From Candidatus Omnitrophota bacterium (lineage in GTDB: Bacteria > Omnitrophota > Omnitrophia > Omnitrophales > Aquincolibacteriaceae), in NCBI GenBank assembly GCA_043808175.1, contig JAZDFE010000040.1:1410-65409 (forward strand): DNA of 64,000 nucleotides, in the 5' to 3' direction. The notes below the pieces were generated by a model. It searched no databases and was not told where the DNA came from. It was given only the letters and a program-made list of their open reading frames with translations. This document shows positions 60,801 through 63,983 of this stretch, in pieces (position 1 is the stretch's first letter; each line of letters opens with the position of its first letter). Made by a program: the position numbers and the translations under genes.

Positions 60801-60933
60801 AGGAAGAAATAAATGCCGGGGACTCCACATTCGCGGCGTGAGCGACGGGAACTGGAGTGAGCGTGTTGGTCGCGAAGAAAGTGACGGCCACGACACCCGA
60901 AAAAAATCTTTGTAACTGCTTAAGACAGCTCAT
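45847..60933 (-). CDS. Giant 5,028-aa multi-module protein (signal peptide + nine modules separated by RSExR linkers); candidate polyprotein
   Basis: Uninterrupted 15,087-nt ORF. All ~70 opposite-strand ORFs are short shadows. The N-terminus [35 protein letters not shown] is Sec-signal-like. Enzyme signatures are recognisable in several modules (see the module features). Confidence 0.85.
   Translation of the reverse strand: [5028 protein letters not shown]
45850..46578 (-). other. Giant ORF module 9 (aa 4786-5028): unassigned C-terminal domain, weakly similar to the C-terminal part of the 741-aa paralog
   Basis: [12 protein letters not shown]...[15 protein letters not shown] versus EAKKVFLGNAVVV...PGTGVDVSALGLRANE in 61216..63417. 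The similarity is tentative. Confidence 0.25.
46594..48258 (-). other. Giant ORF module 8 (aa 4226-4780): unassigned, largely helical/coiled-coil-like
   Basis: Bounded by RSEAR (48259-48273) and RSEMR (46579-46593). I recognise no family. Confidence 0.3.
48274..49716 (-). other. Giant ORF module 7 (aa 3740-4220): array of about eight helix-turn-helix-like units
   Basis: Recurrent ~55-aa units contain [96 protein letters not shown] and [16 protein letters not shown]. Each is often preceded by an RAW/AWA aromatic motif. Confidence 0.5.
49732..53808 (-). other. Giant ORF module 6 (aa 2376-3734): alpha-glucan phosphorylase (GT35, GlgP/DUF3417-type) followed by ~600 aa unassigned, ending in an amylase-C-like beta-sandwich
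   Basis: [48 protein letters not shown] and [15 protein letters not shown] parallel YSGGLGVLAGD, TTHTPVPAG, RRFATYKR and EASGTSGMKAALNG of bacterial glucan phosphorylases. Confidence 0.6.
53824..55281 (-). other. Giant ORF module 5 (aa 1885-2370): NDK-like fold with insertion + unassigned region
   Basis: SLVLLIKPS...[18 protein letters not shown]...EKHY and later ETDPEEA...SLRGRAF...[19 protein letters not shown] resemble nucleoside-diphosphate-kinase motifs. Weak. Confidence 0.3.
55297..56829 (-). other. Giant ORF module 4 (aa 1369-1879): glycogen/starch synthase (GT5, GlgA-like)
   Basis: [20 protein letters not shown] (K-x-G-G-L-type N-terminal motif) and [35 protein letters not shown] (canonical GlgA C-terminal motif). 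Confidence 0.75.
56845..57213 (-). other. Giant ORF module 3 (aa 1241-1363): MraZ-like double SpoVT/AbrB domain
   Basis: [25 protein letters not shown] (first MraZ repeat, F-x-G...D-x-K-x-R-L-x-L-P) and [18 protein letters not shown]...[13 protein letters not shown] (second repeat). Confidence 0.6.
57229..59097 (-). other. Giant ORF module 2 (aa 613-1235): GH13 alpha-amylase-like catalytic domain + beta-sandwich tail
   Basis: Motifs resembling GH13 regions I-IV ([33 protein letters not shown]) and a C-terminal [20 protein letters not shown] pattern. Hand call only. Confidence 0.45.
59113..60933 (-). other. Giant ORF module 1 (aa 1-607): signal peptide + domain paralogous to the divergent 741-aa protein; possibly Tiki/ChaN/erythromycin-esterase-like
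   Basis: [11 protein letters not shown]...[25 protein letters not shown]...VLLEGA and [12 protein letters not shown]...SYVEITP align with IQIQDVHAHATAQQNIAAILEHL...ALEGA and IVTGGFHTDGL...SYITITP of 61216..63417. The family guess rests only on the (Q/G)ExH ... E ... GGFH pattern. Confidence 0.5.
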
Positions 60934-61033
60934 GAAATGAACATTTTCCTTTCGGAATTTTCAGATGGCTTACTCTAAGGAAAGGCTAACACATTTTCCT
61001 TAAATTTCAACATATTGGAAAAGGATTTATCAT

Positions 61034-61062
61034 AGTATATTTAACATTCTTTTTGGCGTTAA
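61034..61062 (-). promoter_or_regulatory. Candidate sigma70-type promoter of the giant ORF
   Basis: On the minus strand: TTAACG (61062-61057) - 17 nt - TATACT (61039-61034). This predicts a ~95-nt leader containing two copies of AAGGAAAATGT. Confidence 0.3.
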
Positions 61063-61085
61063 AAGAGGGCTCGCTTTGGAATGGT

Positions 61086-61110
61086 TTGCTATAAATTGCT
61101 ATTGATTGCC
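61086..61110. promoter_or_regulatory. Three direct repeats TTGCT / TTGCT / TTGCC phased at exactly 10 bp between the divergent promoters (candidate operator)
   Basis: TTGCTATAAA TTGCTATTGA TTGCCAATTT, with repeat starts at 61086, 61096 and 61106. Confidence 0.45.
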
Positions 61111-61136
61111 AATTTTAGGACTTCCACAGTTAAATA

Positions 61137-61165
61137 TTGATTTTAAGCAGGTTCTGAGCTATATA
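61137..61165 (+). promoter_or_regulatory. Candidate sigma70-type promoter of the 741-aa paralog gene
   Basis: TTGATT (61137-42) - 17 nt - TATATA (61160-65), ~50 nt upstream of ATG 61216. Confidence 0.5.
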
Positions 61166-61215
61166 TTAAGAATGTATCTTACGCAACCTCGTTGGAGAAA
61201 TTGGCACTGGACGCT

Positions 61216-63417
61216 ATGCCGATGAAAAGGTTCTTAGCTGCTTTCTTTTTCCTGATCATCGTGTTCACCGCCGCCCCGGTTTTGTCGAGATTTGAAACGC
61301 CTGAGACCGGCACCGGGACTTCCTTCACTCTATCGGATCTGGCGGTTCCCGAAGAGATCGGAAAAGTCCAGGAACGCTTCGCCGGAAAGAGCCCCAGGAC
61401 AATCATTCAGATCCAGGATGTTCATGCGCACGCCACGGCCCAACAAAACATCGCGGCTATTCTGGAACACCTTCGAACGGTCTTTGATATTGAGAAAGCC
61501 GCCCTCGAAGGCGCTTGGGCTTCTACCTCCCTTCCCAAAAGCCACGCGATCCCGACCTCGCGTGAAAAACAGCTTCTCGCCGGAAGTCTGCTTGACGATG
61601 ACAGGATCTCGGGGCCGGTTTATGCCGCCATCATGTCCCCGGAACCGATCACACTTGTTGGGATCGAAGATGAGGCGTCTTATGAAAAGAACAGGGCTCT
61701 TTTTCTGGATCATCTCGAAAAAACAGAGGAGATCCTCGGGAAACTCCGGACTTACGGAGCCTCGCTTGAGGAATCGCAAAGATCAACCTGGGGACCGGAG
61801 CTTTTAGCCCTTGGAAGCGCGTTCGGAAAATTCAGAGAGACTTCCGACCTTGGAAAATTCTTTCCGATCCTCCTCAAAACCGCCGAAACCCAGGACGTGG
61901 ACATCACCGATCTCGCTCAGATCCTTTTATTAAGAGACATCACGGCCCTGGAAAAAAGCTTCGAAAAAGCGCGACTCGAAAAAGAAGTTAAACAGGTCCT
62001 TAAAAAATATAAGAACAGCCTTTGGACAGTTGAGGAGTTGATCCGCGGCGGCAAAATACCCCTCGAGGAGATCGGCCTCTATCCCGAGATCAAAAAGCTG
62101 GCGCTTCTCTACAAAATGCGTGACGGGCTCTCCCTGCAGGGCCTGACAGATCAGATCGGAGCTCTCACCGGCCGCATCCTTGGAAAACTCGTTCGCGCTC
62201 CGGAGGAGAAAGCCCTGTGGGAAAAAAGTGAACGTTTCTACCTCGCAAAACGCATTCTTCTACTTCAAGCATCACCCGCGGACATCAATGCCTATGAAGA
62301 CGAAAAGCTCCCTTTTGATTCCGAGCTTGTCAGTGCTGGTTTTTCGAAGGCGCTTTTCCTGTCACTCGGGTTTTACGAGGTGGTTAAAAAACGCGACGAG
62401 ATCTTTTTTAACAAGATCGTGAGCGATCCTTCCCTGGCCGGCAATATCGCGATCGTCACAGGCGGCTTTCACACGGACGGACTCTCCCAACACTTCCGCA
62501 ATGCGGGAATTTCTTACATCACGATCACTCCTGAGCTTGGCGACGCGACTATAAATGAAAAACTTTACGAATCCAGGATGGCGGAAGGCGGGAAGCGGAA
62601 GGCGGGAGATGAAACGCCATCATTGGTTTCGACACCATCCCCTATCTCTCATCTTCCATCCGACGCTAATACTCTCTCAGAGCTTCGTAATGCCATCGCC
62701 TGGATCGATGATAGATTTCCGGAAAGTTATGAGGTGTTGATGCAAACCCGTGATGTTCGAGAAGCTAAAAAAGTTTTCCTGGGAAATGCGGTTGTCGTAT
62801 CAAGACCCGCCAGGATCGCTCATCTTTCCCGAGAAGGAAGGATCGTCCCGAAGCCCGGAACGGGAGTTGATGTCAGCGCCTTGGGATTACGTGCTAATGA
62901 ATTTATGGCAAAATCTCGCGGGGAACAGATCCAAGCCGTGCGGGACTGGCTGACACAAGGACAGGAACAGCGGGAAAAAGCGATGCTGGTCTCCTCGGTC
63001 AGCATCCTTGCCAAAATGCTTTCGGAGGAAAAGACGTTAAAACTTCTTGAGGAGGCCGTAGATAACGGCGATATCATCTCGTTGGCCCAGGACGTCCCGG
63101 CAACGGAAGTGCCGGACGCCCTTTCTTCTATTCGTGGGATCGACCGGTTTGAGGCAGCGGACATTACCATGATGATCAAAAAAACGCCGCGTTTCCAACG
63201 ACTCGCGAAAAAGCACCCTTTTGCGATTATGGAGAACGGTCACCCGGGAGGGGCTTATGTCGTATTGCCCGAAAAGCCCCTATCGCTTGTCCTCTTCAGG
63301 ATCATCACTTTGAATCCTAGCCTCTACCAAGCGGCCAAGGACCCCGCCTTTCTGGCCCTTTTAGAAGACCTTGTGACAGAAATCCTGTCGAAGGAACTCC
63401 CCAAGAAATCTGCTTAA
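61216..63417 (+). CDS. Secreted/membrane-anchored protein paralogous to module 1 of the giant ORF (unknown family)
   Basis: MPMKRFLAAFFFLIIVFTAAPVLS signal/anchor. The N-terminal ~480 aa are collinear with giant-ORF aa ~35-560. The ORF-track start (TTG 61192) is replaced by ATG 61216. Confidence 0.75.
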   Translation: MPMKRFLAAFFFLIIVFTAAPVLSRFETPETGTGTSFTLSDLAVPEEIGKVQERFAGKSPRTIIQIQDVHAHATAQQNIAAILEHLRTVFDIEKAALEGAWASTSLPKSHAIPTSREKQLLAGSLLDDDRISGPVYAAIMSPEPITLVGIEDEASYEKNRALFLDHLEKTEEILGKLRTYGASLEESQRSTWGPELLALGSAFGKFRETSDLGKFFPILLKTAETQDVDITDLAQILLLRDITALEKSFEKARLEKEVKQVLKKYKNSLWTVEELIRGGKIPLEEIGLYPEIKKLALLYKMRDGLSLQGLTDQIGALTGRILGKLVRAPEEKALWEKSERFYLAKRILLLQASPADINAYEDEKLPFDSELVSAGFSKALFLSLGFYEVVKKRDEIFFNKIVSDPSLAGNIAIVTGGFHTDGLSQHFRNAGISYITITPELGDATINEKLYESRMAEGGKRKAGDETPSLVSTPSPISHLPSDANTLSELRNAIAWIDDRFPESYEVLMQTRDVREAKKVFLGNAVVVSRPARIAHLSREGRIVPKPGTGVDVSALGLRANEFMAKSRGEQIQAVRDWLTQGQEQREKAMLVSSVSILAKMLSEEKTLKLLEEAVDNGDIISLAQDVPATEVPDALSSIRGIDRFEAADITMMIKKTPRFQRLAKKHPFAIMENGHPGGAYVVLPEKPLSLVLFRIITLNPSLYQAAKDPAFLALLEDLVTEILSKELPKKSA

Positions 63418-63421
63418 AAAT

Positions 63422-63473
63422 CGGATGGTGGATGGCGGATGATGTAAAAACTCCATTCGTTATCCGTTTTTTT
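63422..63473 (+). terminator. Rho-independent terminator of the 741-aa gene (wobble-rich stem)
   Basis: CGGAUGGUGGAUGG (63422-35) pairs with CCAUUCGUUAUCCG (63453-66). The stem is 14 bp including 4 G-U pairs and is followed by T7 (63467-73). It forms on the plus strand only. Confidence 0.7.
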
Positions 63474-63903
63474 CGGCGAGATCTTTCCAATTCGCGAGCG
63501 TGTTCTCAAAACTCTGATCGAGAATACTCAGAATCTTTTGCTCCCCGAGAAGCATTCCCGCGATCCCGAGGTCCCAAAGAAATTCCACCGTGACTTCAAC
63601 GCCTTCCGGTTTTGGGCTAAAGGTAAGCGTTCGCGTCATCGAACCGTTCATGGGAAGCTTGCTTAGGATCACGGCCCGACTCATGGGCTCCCAGATCTTC
63701 ATTTCATGCTCGACCTCGATGTGCTGGCGATCCAAAACACAGCTTTCGCGCCACCGCATGCCCCCTCCTTCACGAACCGCTCCGGTCCGCTCGCTTTCCT
63801 TGACCCCGTCGACCCATTCGGGCGTACGAGTGACGTCGGCAAGAATGGCCCAGATCTTTTCCAAAGGCGCATTGATCAGAATTTTTTTAGTGAGTGATGG
63901 CAT
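63460..63903 (-). CDS. SRPBCC (START/polyketide-cyclase-like) family protein
   Basis: KKILINAPLEKIWAILADVTRTPEWVDGV N-terminus typical of SRPBCC/AHSA1-type proteins. Confidence 0.7.
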   Translation of the reverse strand: MPSLTKKILINAPLEKIWAILADVTRTPEWVDGVKESERTGAVREGGGMRWRESCVLDRQHIEVEHEMKIWEPMSRAVILSKLPMNGSMTRTLTFSPKPEGVEVTVEFLWDLGIAGMLLGEQKILSILDQSFENTLANWKDLAEKNG

Positions 63904-63921
63904 GAAAATTTCTGGAATATC

Positions 63922-63983
63922 GGATGGTGGATGGGGGATGGTTTTTCAGTTTTGCGCCCTCCGCCATTCTCCATCCGTTATCC
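63922..63983 (+). repeat. Second copy of the GGATGGTGGATGG hairpin (20-bp stem, 5 G-U pairs, no U-tract)
   Basis: GGAUGGUGGAUGGGGGAUGG (63922-41) pairs base-for-base with CCAUUCUCCAUCCGUUAUCC (63964-83) on the plus-strand RNA. The minus-strand version would have 5 C-A mismatches. Confidence 0.55.

Noticed and set aside
45890-60915. About 70 plus-strand and out-of-frame minus-strand ORFs (60-361 aa) listed inside the giant gene, e.g. 56140..57225 (361 aa) and 53359..53901
   Set aside because: They are all nested in one 15-kb uninterrupted frame that carries recognisable enzyme motifs. Their translations are low-complexity Arg/Pro/Ser-rich antisense shadows with no family resemblance.
63422-63983. 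Idea that the two hairpins flanking the SRPBCC gene are integron attC sites bounding a gene cassette
   Set aside because: There is no GTTRRRY / RYYYAAC core pair (the ends are CGGATGG... and ...GTTATCC), no integron integrase nearby, and the first copy is adequately explained as a terminator with a T7 tract.
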